In this document: positions 20,553 through 30,671 of the stretch, in pieces
How positions within the stretch are numbered: position 1 is the first letter of the stretch
Layout: each line of letters begins with the position of its first letter
Program-made: the position numbers and the translations under genes
NCBI GenBank assembly: GCA_046351535.1
Contig: JAXLYG010000016.1
Span: 128,670-192,669 of the forward strand
DNA length: 64,000 nucleotides
Direction of reading: 5' to 3'
From: Polyangiales bacterium
GTDB taxonomy: Bacteria > Myxococcota_A > Polyangia > Polyangiales > Ga0077539
Notes under the pieces: generated by a model
Databases searched by the model: none
Told to the model about the DNA's origin: nothing
What the model saw: only the letters and a program-made list of their open reading frames with translations

Positions 20553-22470
20553 CGCCCTCGCCCGGCGCGTTCAGCGCGTCTCGCAACCCCAGAAGTTCCT
20601 GCGCCGCGGGCGCCCGTTCGAGGCCCCGCCGCACCGACCCCGCCGCCTCGGTCCTCGCCCCGCGCCCCGCGAAGAACACCGCGTCGTTGTAGTTGCGCCA
20701 CAGCACGAACTCCGACGACTTCGCGTCGCGTCCGCCGCCGGGCTCCTCGGACATCGCCGCCGTGAGCCCGTCGATCGCCGCGAAGTGCGCCGCCGCGCTC
20801 GCGCGCACCGAGGCCAGCGTCGTGGGCTCTCCGCGCGCCTCCGCGAGGAGCCCTCGCGGCACGATGTACGGCGTCATCGCGAGCACGTTCATGGGGTCGA
20901 TCTCGAGGCGCACGGGGCGCAGGCTCGCGAGGGCCGAGACCTCCTCGACGCGCCCCTCGCCGTGCGCGAGGTAGTCACGCACGAGCGGCAGGAGGTCGGC
21001 GTCGCGCGCGAGCAGCGTGTTGTTCATCCCGGGGTACGGGAGAAAGGCCACGGGCATCACCGTCACGTCGGGCCGCTCGCCCTCGACGCGCTGCGCGTAG
21101 CGCGCGCGAAACGCCGTCTCGGGCGCGTAGGCGAGCACCACCGTGCGAGGCGGCAGCGACGCGAAGAGCGACTCCGCCGCGGCCTCGGGCACGCACGCGC
21201 GGTCGGGCTCCGTCGCGCGCAACCCCTCGCGCGCGAGGTAGAGCGGGATCGCCAGGGGCAGCGCGACGAGCACCGCGACGAGGGCCGCGCGCGCCGCGGG
21301 GGTCGGTCCTTCGGGCGCCGCGGGGGCCGTGCGAATGGCCCTCCAGGCCACGGTGACGAAGCCCGTCGAGAGGCACGCGACGGCGGCGATCGCGGGCATG
21401 AGGTAGCCCGCCGCGTCGGGGTTGCCCGCCACGAAGCCGAGGAGCGCGCGCGCGAGGCACACCGCCGTCGCGAGGCCGAAGAGCCGAAGCACGTCCGCGC
21501 GGATCGCCTCGGATTTCGCCGTACGCAGGAGGAGAAAGGTCCCCGCGAAGGCGGCCACGACGCCGAAGGGCGTGAGCGTCGCGCCGATCCAGTCGAGCAC
21601 GTCGAGGAGGTGCTCGCCGAAGGTGCCCGGCACGCCGCCGCCGGAGTTCTTCTGAAACGCTCGGGCGGAGACGGTCCAGAAGAAGTCTCCCGCGGTGCGG
21701 ACGCGCACGAGGCTCGCCGACGTGCCCGCGCGCAGCACCAGCAGCGCGTAGGGGAGCAGCCCGAAGAACCCGAGCGGCGCCCACGCGAGGAGCGCGCGAC
21801 GCTTCGAAGCCACGTCGCCGTTTCGAAGCCGCTCGATGAGCGTGGCGATGGCGACGGGCGCGCCCGTGAGCGCGATGAAGTGGTGGTTCGCGCCGCCGAG
21901 GGCCACGAGCAGCACCGAGAGCCGCGCGCGCGCCGCGGGGGGGAGCGTCCTCGCGCACGCGAGCCCGAGCGCGCCCACGGCGAGCGAGCCCGCGAGGGCG
22001 TAGACCTCGACGCGCGTGGCCTGGCGCAGCACCGCGGGGCCCCCCGTGGCAGACACGGCCACCGCGAGCGAGGCGATGGGACCGAGCGCGCGGTCGTACT
22101 TCGAAGTGAGCCGCTCGTCGTCGAGGGCCGACGCGGCGAGGTTGCGCGCGACGCCGTAGACCACCCTGCCCACGACGGCGAGGCACAGCCCCGAGAGCAG
22201 CGCCACGCGATACGGCAGCGTCGCCACGGGGAGCATCGACGCGAGCGACGCGAGCACCACCCAGAGCGGATGACCGGGCGGGTGCGTGACGCCGATCCCC
22301 TGCGCGGCCGCGGCGAGCTCGGGGGCGTCGTAGAAGCCCATCGAGGCCCCGGCGCCCCACGCCGACACCGCGAGCGGGAGCGCGAACGAGAGCGTCGCGG
22401 CGAGGCGCTCGATGCGCGCGGTCTTGTCGGGCGGGCGGGCGGCCACCGGCGTTGACCGAACGGGTACCAC
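20509..22470 (-). CDS. polytopic membrane protein, DUF2723/TMEM260-like (GT-C-type glycosyltransferase fold family)
   Basis: N-terminal FYDAPELAAAAQGIGVTHPPGHPLWVVLASL motif, more than 10 hydrophobic segments, and a soluble C-terminal domain. Confidence 0.65.
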   Translation of the reverse strand: MVPVRSTPVAARPPDKTARIERLAATLSFALPLAVSAWGAGASMGFYDAPELAAAAQGIGVTHPPGHPLWVVLASLASMLPVATLPYRVALLSGLCLAVVGRVVYGVARNLAASALDDERLTSKYDRALGPIASLAVAVSATGGPAVLRQATRVEVYALAGSLAVGALGLACARTLPPAARARLSVLLVALGGANHHFIALTGAPVAIATLIERLRNGDVASKRRALLAWAPLGFFGLLPYALLVLRAGTSASLVRVRTAGDFFWTVSARAFQKNSGGGVPGTFGEHLLDVLDWIGATLTPFGVVAAFAGTFLLLRTAKSEAIRADVLRLFGLATAVCLARALLGFVAGNPDAAGYLMPAIAAVACLSTGFVTVAWRAIRTAPAAPEGPTPAARAALVAVLVALPLAIPLYLAREGLRATEPDRACVPEAAAESLFASLPPRTVVLAYAPETAFRARYAQRVEGERPDVTVMPVAFLPYPGMNNTLLARDADLLPLVRDYLAHGEGRVEEVSALASLRPVRLEIDPMNVLAMTPYIVPRGLLAEARGEPTTLASVRASAAAHFAAIDGLTAAMSEEPGGGRDAKSSEFVLWRNYNDAVFFAGRGARTEAAGSVRRGLERAPAAQELLGLRDALNAPGEGVIDVRPYVVGARPP

Positions 22471-22559
22471 GCGAACCCGCCGCGACGGTGCATTTTCGTG
22501 CTCCCCGCGGGGCGCGCGTTTCTCTATGCTCGCGCCCGTCGCAAAGGAGTCTCAGCGTC

Positions 22560-23156
22560 ATGATCCGCTCGACCGCGCTCGCGCTCGTCGCCTTCGCCGC
22601 GTTTGGATGCAGCTCATCGGGCCGCGTCCGTACGAACTACGCGTACAACACCGACGCCGACCCCGCGTCGAACCGCCCGGTTCACATCACGCAGGGCCCC
22701 ATGCCCGACGGAGAGAGCTTCTCGGGGAGCTACCACTCGCAGCAGGTCGGTGACCTCTACCTCGAGCAGATGGGCGACATCGCCACGGGGCAGTACGAGT
22801 ACGACCGCGCCGCGTGCCACGCGACGGGGCGCATCGAGGGCCGCGTCACGGGCAACCTCCTGCGCTTCACGTGGACCGAGAGCCAGGCCGCGTGCGGGCG
22901 CCTCCAGCCCCTCACGGGCCACGGCTACTTTCTCTTCTGGAAGGAGACCACCGACGACGGCGCCGTGAACGAGCGCCTCAACGGCGAGGTGGGCATGGGC
23001 GACGAAGACTCGGGCAGCCCGTGGTCGGCCTTCCGCGACCGCGTGCGCCGTCAGCCCCCGTCGCAGTCGTCGAACTCGTCGGGCGGCAGCGTCTTCGAAG
23101 ACGCCAACGGGTCTCCGTCGAGCGGCTCGACCTCGGGGACGCCCCGCACGCCCTGA
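22560..23156 (+). CDS. hypothetical lipoprotein
   Basis: Lipobox MIRSTALALVAFAAFGC at ATG 22560. Ser/Gly-rich tail. No recognised domain. Confidence 0.6.
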   Translation: MIRSTALALVAFAAFGCSSSGRVRTNYAYNTDADPASNRPVHITQGPMPDGESFSGSYHSQQVGDLYLEQMGDIATGQYEYDRAACHATGRIEGRVTGNLLRFTWTESQAACGRLQPLTGHGYFLFWKETTDDGAVNERLNGEVGMGDEDSGSPWSAFRDRVRRQPPSQSSNSSGGSVFEDANGSPSSGSTSGTPRTP

Positions 23157-23160
23157 GGCG

Positions 23161-24177
23161 TCACTCCTTCGGCGCGCGCGAGTCCGCGAGGTGCTGCCTC
23201 GCGAGGGCGCTCCACGGCCCGCGCGGGTCGAGCTCCAGATACCGCCGCCAGTGCGCGCGGGCGCGCTCCCGCTGATCGAGCTCCGAGAGCGCCATCGCGA
23301 GGTTGAAGTGCGCCTCCGAGAAATCGGGGCGCAGCGCGATGGCCTTCTCGAAGAGCTTCACGGCGGCCTCGCGGTCGCCCTTCTCCACGAGCAGATACGC
23401 GAGGTTGTAGGGCGCCTCGGCCTGCGTCGCGTCGGCGGCCATCGCGCGGCGGTAGAGGGCCTCGGCCTCCTCGCGATCGCCCGCCACGAGCCGCAGGTTG
23501 CCGAGGTTGGTCACCGCCGTGGCGAGGCCCGGGTCGAGCTCGATCGCGCGTCGGTAGGCCTCTTCGGCGCGGGCGCGCGTGGTCTCGTCCTCGTCGAGCC
23601 GCAGGCCTTCGAGGTAGAGCTCGTAGGCCTCCTGCTGGCGGCGCGTGACCTTGGGGCGCAGCACGCGCACGACGTCGTCGCGCAGCGCCTTGACGTCGAA
23701 GTCGAAGACGAGCTGGCCCGTGATGGGGTCGAAGCGCGCCCCCTCGGCGCGGGCCACGAGCTTGTGCCCGTCAGGCGCGACGCGGCCGTCGGTGAGCGGC
23801 TGCGCGAGCTCGGGCATCCGTAGCCGCAGGCCCTCGATGGCCTTGCGGATCTGCGCCGTGGGAAAGCCCGCCTCGACGAGCCCCCGCGCGGTGCGCACGG
23901 CGACGAGGTCGGCGAAGGTGTAGACGGGGTTGTTCTCCTCGCGGCCGCTCGGGACGACGATGCCCGCGCGCTCCCACGAGCGGAGGCGGCGGGCGTCGAC
24001 GTGAAAGAGCTCGGCCACCTCGGCGCGCGAGAGCGTGCGGGTGACCGTGTCGCGCTCGGGCGAGCGGTCGCCGGGCGGCGTGCGCAACACGGCTTCTTCG
24101 GCGCGGCGGCGCGCGTTGAAGTCGACGTGGATCACGTGGCCGCGGTCGTCGCCGGGCGTTGCGTCGCGCTCGCTCAA
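23161..24177 (-). CDS. MerR-family transcriptional regulator fused to TPR repeats
   Basis: MerR helix-turn-helix: LSRAEVAELFHVDARRLRSWERAGIVVPSGR...YTFADLVAVRTARGLVEAGF. The C-terminal half contains 4-5 TPR units (AEEAYRRAIELDP..., AEALYRRAMAADA..., AVKLFEKAIALRP...). Confidence 0.85.
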   Translation of the reverse strand: MSERDATPGDDRGHVIHVDFNARRRAEEAVLRTPPGDRSPERDTVTRTLSRAEVAELFHVDARRLRSWERAGIVVPSGREENNPVYTFADLVAVRTARGLVEAGFPTAQIRKAIEGLRLRMPELAQPLTDGRVAPDGHKLVARAEGARFDPITGQLVFDFDVKALRDDVVRVLRPKVTRRQQEAYELYLEGLRLDEDETTRARAEEAYRRAIELDPGLATAVTNLGNLRLVAGDREEAEALYRRAMAADATQAEAPYNLAYLLVEKGDREAAVKLFEKAIALRPDFSEAHFNLAMALSELDQRERARAHWRRYLELDPRGPWSALARQHLADSRAPKE

Positions 24178-24286
24178 GAGGGAACGGAGCGTACCGCGAC
24201 GAGGCCGCGGGGCGCGAATTTCGGGGCTTCCCGCCGGGGGGCGTGGCCGCTACCATGCGACGCTTCAACAGGGAGGGTCTCGCGTC

Positions 24287-26689
24287 ATGCCAGTGGAGTT
24301 CATCATCCGTGTGACGGCGCCGTCGGGCGCCGTCGATGTTCCTGCAACGCTCGTCGCCGCGGGCGTCGAGGCCGTGAAGGCCTTTCGCGAGTCCGCGAGC
24401 GCCGCGGGAGAGACCCGCGTGCTCCTCGCGGGCGACCGGGATTTCTTCGCCACCGTGGCGGCCACCGTGGCGCCCTCCGCCCTCGACGCGCTCTCCGCCG
24501 CCGAGGGGAAGTACGTCCGCGCGGTCTTCGATCGCCGCTCGCCCGTGCGCCGCATTCTCCGCGCCGTCGCGCGCCCCGAGGCGCCCGCGCCGCGCACGCC
24601 CGTCACCGCGCCCGCCGCGCCCGCGGCCAACGACGTCGACCTCACGGGCGGCGTGTCGGGCATGGCCCCCCTGTGGCTCCTCGCCGACGGGACCTTCTCG
24701 ACGAAGGCCGCCACCGCGCAGCGCGGCATCGCCGCGAGGGAGGCCCTCGTCGCCGCGGCCCGGTGGATCTCGTCGCGCCGCACGACGACCTTCGAACGGC
24801 TCTTTCCCCCGAGCGCGTTTCACCCCGACGTGGCGCCGCGGAACGAGCGCGTGAGCGAACCGCAGGCCCGCGCGATGCTCGACCAGGTGCGCGGCGCGCT
24901 GCGTGAGTCGTCCGTGAGCTCCGCCGACGCGCTGCGCGACCGCGACGCGGCGGCGCAGGTGCGATCGGCCTGCGCGACGGTGCTCTCGCACATCACCGCG
25001 ACGGTGCTCCACGACCCGACGTGGCGCGCGGTCTCCAACGCCGCCGCGGGGGAGCTCTTCGCCCTCATCGACGCCGAGCGCGGCCCGGCCTCGAAGGACT
25101 CGCTCCGGGCCCACGCGATCCTGCTGCTCCAGCTCAGGGCGCCCGCGCTCGGGGCGGGCGACCGGGCGAAGGCCCTCGCGCTCGTGAAGACCCTCACCCG
25201 CGAGGCGCCGCCCTACGACACGCTCTCGGGCCCGTGGAACTTCGCCATGTGCTCCGGGTGGGACTTTCACGAGGGCGAGTGCGAGGTGCTCACGCGCGTC
25301 CACGGGTTCCGCGAGGTGGCGCTGCCCTCCGACGCGCCCGCGTCGGGCGGGGCCGACTACAAGTGCTTCGAAGCGCCCTTCCGCACGCCCGCGGGCGACG
25401 CGGTGCGCGTGCTCGCGAGGCCCGCGACGCCCGGCGACGAGAGCGCCGAGATGGCCTCGCCGTGGTTCATCGGGATGCTCATCAACCGCCACGCGCAGCT
25501 CGGGTCGTTCGACATGCGCGCCACGCGCGCGGCGGTCACGCAGCGCAACTACAAGCTCATGATGAACTCGCAGTGCGCGGGCCTCACCACGCGCTTCGCG
25601 CTCTCGCGGATGTTCCCCGACGCGGACCTCTACTCGTCGTGGGACTCGACGTATTTCCGCACGGGCGCGGGCGGCAAGGTCAGCGCCTCCGAGGGCCTCG
25701 ACTGCTTCGTGGCGGTGCTCTCGGGGATGGCCAAGCGCGAGAGCCACGCGGCCCTCGACGCGCGCATCCGATCGGCGCAGTGGCACCACCCCCAGGCCGA
25801 GGTCGACCCGCGCTTCGTGCAGTTCGTGGGGCCCGCGCACCCGCTCGTGCTCGCGCGCTTCAACGACGTCAACCACGACGCGCGCGGCGACTTCTACGAC
25901 GGCTTCCTCGACTTCAACGTCCGCGCGCTCGCCACCGAGATGGCCGACGCGATCACCCCGAAGGACCCCGGCGTGCGCTGCTCGCAGGTCGGCGGCGACG
26001 CCGCGCGCAGCCTCGGCTGGGCCGTCGGGAGCATGAACCGCGTGACGCAGTACTCCGACCTCTGGGCCGCCCTCCCCGGCCGCTCCGAGCTGTTCTACGC
26101 GTTCGAATCCGCGGGCTACTTCAGCCACCTCGAAGCCCCCGTCGACGTGCCCACGGGGCCCTTCCGCGAAGACCTCTCGAGGCTCCCCGCGGTGTGCCGC
26201 TACACGCTCGACCGCAACGTCGTCGGCGGGCTCCGCGTCGAGGTGATGTTCCACGCGTGGCTATCGCACGCGCCCGAGGAGCTCAAGCGCCTCCTCGTCT
26301 CCGCCGAGGCCATGAACCGCGCGTTCGACCTCGGTCACCTCCCCTCCGAAGGGACCCTCGGCACCCCGCAGGCCCGTCGCGGCGCGCTGCTCCTCACGAT
26401 GGCGGGCCTCCTCGAGTTCCCGTCCGACCAGAACCGCCTCGACGGGCTGTGGGCCACGGCGCTCCGCATGCTCAACCTCCCGCCCATCTCTCGCAGCGTC
26501 GTGCGCGCGTGCATCACCGAGGCCGACCACGACGCTTCGAACTACTACGGCTCCCTCCGCGGCCTCCGTCAGCTCGTGGGCTCAGGCTCCGATCACGGAA
26601 CCCTCGGCACCGCCGACGACCTCGCCTGGTCGCGCCTCGCCTCCGCCGATCCCACCATCGGCCGCGCCGTTCCGCTCGCCGTCGGCTGA
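24287..26689 (+). CDS. large (800 aa) cytoplasmic protein of unknown function
   Basis: ATG 24287 is preceded by GGAGGG. Coding-like composition throughout. No signal peptide, no TM helix and no motif I recognise. Confidence 0.65.
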   Translation: MPVEFIIRVTAPSGAVDVPATLVAAGVEAVKAFRESASAAGETRVLLAGDRDFFATVAATVAPSALDALSAAEGKYVRAVFDRRSPVRRILRAVARPEAPAPRTPVTAPAAPAANDVDLTGGVSGMAPLWLLADGTFSTKAATAQRGIAAREALVAAARWISSRRTTTFERLFPPSAFHPDVAPRNERVSEPQARAMLDQVRGALRESSVSSADALRDRDAAAQVRSACATVLSHITATVLHDPTWRAVSNAAAGELFALIDAERGPASKDSLRAHAILLLQLRAPALGAGDRAKALALVKTLTREAPPYDTLSGPWNFAMCSGWDFHEGECEVLTRVHGFREVALPSDAPASGGADYKCFEAPFRTPAGDAVRVLARPATPGDESAEMASPWFIGMLINRHAQLGSFDMRATRAAVTQRNYKLMMNSQCAGLTTRFALSRMFPDADLYSSWDSTYFRTGAGGKVSASEGLDCFVAVLSGMAKRESHAALDARIRSAQWHHPQAEVDPRFVQFVGPAHPLVLARFNDVNHDARGDFYDGFLDFNVRALATEMADAITPKDPGVRCSQVGGDAARSLGWAVGSMNRVTQYSDLWAALPGRSELFYAFESAGYFSHLEAPVDVPTGPFREDLSRLPAVCRYTLDRNVVGGLRVEVMFHAWLSHAPEELKRLLVSAEAMNRAFDLGHLPSEGTLGTPQARRGALLLTMAGLLEFPSDQNRLDGLWATALRMLNLPPISRSVVRACITEADHDASNYYGSLRGLRQLVGSGSDHGTLGTADDLAWSRLASADPTIGRAVPLAVG

Positions 26690-28440
26690 GCCCGCGTCAC
26701 CTCGACGCCTCGCACCACCCCCGCCCGCCCGAGCGTCACGCGAAGCGCCGCGACGTCGTCGTCGCATCGCGTCGCGCCATCACCGTCGGCGTACTCCGCG
26801 CGCGCGCACCACGCGCCCCGCCACGGCGTCGGAACGGTCACCTCGACGCGCACTTCACCGTCGCGCACCACATCGAGCGCGCCGTCTCCGCGAGGGCGCA
26901 CATGGCCCCGCGATTGGCTCGTCGGAGGCCACAGGCTCGCGCCGCGGAACCACCACCGATCGGTCGGCACGTCAGGGCTCCACGCGACGAGCTCCCCGAC
27001 GCCTCGCGTGACGCGCAGGCGCCACGAGGGAGGCCTCCCGAGGCGCGCGTAGAGCAGCCCGTCGAACGCGTCACCGCGATACCGCGCCACGACGACACCG
27101 CTGCGCACGTCGGCGTCGGGTCGGTGGAGGATCGCGAAGGCGTGATCGTCGTCGACGAAGACGAGCCCGCGCGAGATCCCCGCGCGATCGAGCGCGTGCG
27201 CGCCGTGATCGGGGAGCGAGCGCACCGCGAGGTGACCGCGCGATCCCCAGAGCGCGCCGCACGCCACCGAGGCGACCACGAAGGCCGCCGCGGGACGCCG
27301 CCCGAAGCGCGCGAGCACCACGCCGAGCATCGCGTGCTCCACGGGGAGCGCGTCGACGAACATGCGCGCGCCGCCGCCCTCGATGTTCCCGTCGAAGTAG
27401 AACGGCGCGTACGCGGCGATCTGCGCGAGCACCGCGGCCACGCCGTAGCGCAGCGCCCGCTCGCGACGCGCCGTCACGAGCACGGCGAGGAGCGCGAGCG
27501 AGAGCGCTTCGAAGTTCGCCACGTCGCGCACGTGCGCCCGCAGCCGACGGAGCGTCACCCACAGCGCCTCGCGCGCCCCGTAGCCGCGCGGGAGGTGGCG
27601 CGCGACGAAATCCCCGTGCTCGACGCGGCACCCCACGGACGCGCCGAAGCCATAGCGGAAGCACCCGCGCGGCCCGTCGCTCAGCGCGTAGTACATCGTC
27701 TGCGTCGACGCGCCCCAGGTCCCCGTCACGGCGCGCTGCGCGAGCGCGTGAAGCGCCACGCCGGGCAGCGCGCCCGCGACGCACCACGCGAGCGCGCGCC
27801 ACCGCCCCGAGCGCCACGCGAGCGCCGCCCACACGACCGAGACCGCGAGCGCCGACACCGGACGGATGGTGACCAGCGCGCCCGCCGCGAGCCCGCACGC
27901 GGCCCACCCCCGCGGCCCCGTCGCGCGGAGGCCCGCGAGCAGCGCGCACGAGAACGCGAGCGCCGCAGCGCCGTGCGACATCGTCTCGGCCGTGTGAAAG
28001 CGCAGCGTCGCGCACACGACCGAGAGCCACGTCGCCGTCACAAGCGCGAGAGAGGAGCGTCGCGTGTCGGGCTCCATCGCGGCGGCGAGCGAGCCCGTGA
28101 CCCACGCGAGCGCCGCGGCGAGCGCGCAGCCCGTGAGCCACGGCGCGCCCAGCGCCATCCCCACCGCGAGCAGCGCGGGGGCGCCTTGAGGAAAGATCCC
28201 GCCCACGCGGCCGTGCGCGCCCACGAGGAGAAAGCGCCCCGCGAAGCTCCCCATCGCGCCCGGCGGAGACCACGTGAGATGCCCCTCCGCGAGCGCGCGC
28301 GCCTGGAGCCAGTACGTCGTCGCGTCGATGACCTTCGGCGCCCCGCCGAGCACCACGCGCCACCACCCGTACGAGAGCGCCGCAGCGAGGAGAGAGAGCA
28401 GCGCGCGCGTCACGGATTCACCCTCGCACGCATTGCACAT
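26593..28440 (-). CDS. polytopic membrane protein, ArnT/PMT-like (GT-C family) glycosyltransferase candidate
   Basis: About 12 hydrophobic segments in the N-terminal two-thirds, then a soluble C-terminal domain. Start at ATG 28440 or GTG 28413; the ORF is open to 28578. Confidence 0.55.
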   Translation of the reverse strand: MCNACEGESVTRALLSLLAAALSYGWWRVVLGGAPKVIDATTYWLQARALAEGHLTWSPPGAMGSFAGRFLLVGAHGRVGGIFPQGAPALLAVGMALGAPWLTGCALAAALAWVTGSLAAAMEPDTRRSSLALVTATWLSVVCATLRFHTAETMSHGAAALAFSCALLAGLRATGPRGWAACGLAAGALVTIRPVSALAVSVVWAALAWRSGRWRALAWCVAGALPGVALHALAQRAVTGTWGASTQTMYYALSDGPRGCFRYGFGASVGCRVEHGDFVARHLPRGYGAREALWVTLRRLRAHVRDVANFEALSLALLAVLVTARRERALRYGVAAVLAQIAAYAPFYFDGNIEGGGARMFVDALPVEHAMLGVVLARFGRRPAAAFVVASVACGALWGSRGHLAVRSLPDHGAHALDRAGISRGLVFVDDDHAFAILHRPDADVRSGVVVARYRGDAFDGLLYARLGRPPSWRLRVTRGVGELVAWSPDVPTDRWWFRGASLWPPTSQSRGHVRPRGDGALDVVRDGEVRVEVTVPTPWRGAWCARAEYADGDGATRCDDDVAALRVTLGRAGVVRGVEVTRAQPTASGTARPMVGSAEARRDQARSSAVPRVP

Positions 28441-28661
28441 CGCGCGCCCGTTGCACCGCGGAGGGCGCGCTTCACGCCTCGCGGAAGGGCCCTTCGAGGG
28501 CTTCTCTCGAAGGGGTCTGCGCGGTCGGATGTCAAGCACACACTTCGCGCGCGCCGTCTGGTTCGTGGATTGCTGCACACACGGTCGATGGTTCTCCGGG
28601 GCACGCGTTGCGCGGAGAGCGTCGCATTCAAACCAGACAAGACGCTGTAGCAGGTGCCGTC

Positions 28662-29291
28662 ATGATCACTCGCACGATCCGTTCGCTGATGCTCTTCGGG
28701 GCGCTCGCGCTGGCCGTGCCCGCAGAGGCTGTTCCGCGCGTCCCCGTGACCGCTGCGCCGGTGCGCAGGGCGCCTCCGCGGAGGCCCGTTCGTCACGTCC
28801 CGCCGCCCCCCGCGGCCCCCGTCGCGCCGCCGGAGCCCGAGGTGGTGCCCACGAGCGCGGCGGACCTCCAGAACACGCTGCGTCGCCTTCGGATCTACGT
28901 GATGGCCGCGCCCGACGGCGCGCGCGCGTTCGGCAACCTCGGCGCGGGGACGCAGCTCTGGATCCTCCTCCCGAGCTGCCGCCCGCAGGACCCCAACGAT
29001 CCTCGTGACGCGTGCCCGATCGACCGCCTCGAGGTGACCTCGGTCCGCGGCGGCGGCGTGCGCGCGGGCGTCATGACCACCGTGATGGCGGGCGAGACGC
29101 CGCGTCGCGTGCAGGCCTTCGTCGTCGAAGACGGAACCCCGATGGTCCGCATCCGCCTCATCACCCCGCAGGGCGCGATCAACTACGAGGGCGTGATCGA
29201 GTCGAGTCAGATCCGTTATCTCCCTGCGCCGGTGGGCGTCGATCGCGACGACCGCTTCGTGTTCGACTTCACGGGCTACCCCGCGCGTTGA
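28662..29291 (+). CDS. hypothetical secreted protein
   Basis: Signal peptide MITRTIRSLMLFGALALAVPAEA, then a Pro-rich spacer, then a ~130-aa globular region. Confidence 0.55.
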   Translation: MITRTIRSLMLFGALALAVPAEAVPRVPVTAAPVRRAPPRRPVRHVPPPPAAPVAPPEPEVVPTSAADLQNTLRRLRIYVMAAPDGARAFGNLGAGTQLWILLPSCRPQDPNDPRDACPIDRLEVTSVRGGGVRAGVMTTVMAGETPRRVQAFVVEDGTPMVRIRLITPQGAINYEGVIESSQIRYLPAPVGVDRDDRFVFDFTGYPAR

Positions 29292-29357
29292 CCGTCGCAC
29301 TCGGATGTCCACCCGCGGCGCCTGTGTGATACACGGGTTGTCGGAGAGTATCGCCCC

Positions 29358-29762
29358 ATGACCCGCGGACACGCTCGCTCCCTCATGACCACCCCCGTCA
29401 CCTCGGTCTCGGCGGAGGCAACCCTCACCGAGATCGCGGACCTCTTCGCCACGCAGAGCATCAGCGGCGTGCCCGTCATCGACGGCGAGCAGCACGTCGT
29501 GGGCTTCGTGAGCGACACCGACATCATCAACGCGATGCTCGACTCGCGCGGCGCGCAGACGTCGGCCTTCGACCTCATGTCGGCCCCCGTGGTCACCGTC
29601 GACGAGTTCGACACGGCCGAAGACGTCATGCGCGTGATGCGCGAGAACAACATCCACCACGTCCCCGTGGTGCGAAACCGCAAGCTCGTGGGCATCGTCA
29701 CGCCGACCGACGTGATCCGCTACCTCGTCACCGTGCTCCCGCCGCCGTCGCAGGTGAGCTGA
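29358..29762 (+). CDS. CBS-domain pair protein
   Basis: 134 aa. Two CBS units: MTTPVTSVSAEATLTEIADLFATQSISGVPVID...VGFVSDTDII and MSAPVVTVDEFDTAEDVMRVMRENNIHHVPVV...VGIVTPTDVI. Confidence 0.85.
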   Translation: MTRGHARSLMTTPVTSVSAEATLTEIADLFATQSISGVPVIDGEQHVVGFVSDTDIINAMLDSRGAQTSAFDLMSAPVVTVDEFDTAEDVMRVMRENNIHHVPVVRNRKLVGIVTPTDVIRYLVTVLPPPSQVS

Positions 29763-29862
29763 GCGCCCCCTCCCCGTCCCTCCCCCGCGAAGCGGGGGAG
29801 GGTGCCCGTTGGTAGCTGCCATGCCCTCACCCCGCCCTCTCCCACCAGAGGTGGGAGAGGGA

Positions 29863-29914
29863 GTCCGCGAGCGACGCGCGTAGGTCCGCGAGCGACGCGC
29901 GTAGGTCCGCGACG
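29863..29914. repeat. 21-nt tandem repeat (gtccgcgagcgacgcgcgtag) x2.5 in the left palindrome arm
   Basis: Read directly. The complement of this unit is amplified to ~5 copies in the right arm. Confidence 0.85.
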
Positions 29915-30368
29915 TTGCGAGGGTGGTTGGTGGCGCCGATCGGGCCATCGCATCGCGGCGGGGATCGCCTGGGGTTCGGCCCGCGGCGTTGCGAGGATGA
30001 TTGGTGGCGCCGATAGCGCCATCGCATCGCGGTTGCAGTCGCGCCCTCACCCCAGGCTACAACTTGAGTGACCCCGCCTTCGAGTCTGACCGCCATTCGG
30101 GGGTTGACGGCGCCAGACGCTTCCCGTCGCGCCTGGGGTTCGGCCCGCGTGAGAGGGACGCGCGTGACGCGCCCAGGGCTCGCCCCCCGAGGGATGTACG
30201 CGATCGGGGGGCTCGGCCTGGGCTTCATCAAGGCACGGATCACCGGTCTTCGACCGGTTCAGAAGGCATGGCGAGGCTCTCTCTGCTGAACCCTCGAAGA
30301 GGGTGATCCGTGCCTCGTCATAGCCCAGGCTGAGCCCCCGATCGTGTACATCCCTTGGGGGGCGAACC

Positions 30369-30476
30369 CTGGGCGCGTCACGCGCGTATCTCCCTGGGCG
30401 CGTCACGCGCGTATCTCCCTGCGCGTCGCGCGCGTCACGCGCGTATCTCCCTGGGCGCGTCACGCGCGTCCCTCTC
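30369..30476. repeat. 25-nt tandem repeat (ctgggcgcgtcacgcgcgtatctcc) ~4 copies, right arm only
   Basis: Units at 30369, 30394, 30419 (a 32-nt variant) and 30451. The left arm carries a single copy. Confidence 0.85.
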
Positions 30477-30671
30477 ACGCGGGCCGAACCCCAGGCGCGA
30501 CGGGAAGCGTCTGGCGCCGTCAACTCCCCAATGGCGGTCAGACGCCTTCGCGGGGTCGCATCCCATTGTTGATCGCACGTCACGCGCGATGACGTGACGA
30601 TGCGCCCACCTCAGGAGTCACCGCGATTTTCGCGATCGTGCGACAGCGCGCGACGTCGGATCGATCGAAGA

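Noticed and set aside
26593-26689. 97-nt overlap of convergent gene ends (800-aa gene and GT-C-like gene)
   Set aside because: This is probably just uncertainty or non-essential tails in GC-rich DNA with few stop codons. There is no independent sign of antisense regulation.
23771-28650. Very long ORFs 23771..26254 (-) and 25021..28650 (+)
   Set aside because: Both are Arg/Ala/Gly/Pro-rich alternative or antisense frames of the 800-aa gene and the GT-C-like gene. Neither has a motif or a sensible start context.
30369-30476. Regularly spaced 25-nt repeats that could suggest a CRISPR array
   Set aside because: The units abut head-to-tail with no unique spacers, they are part of the palindrome arm, and no cas genes are present.
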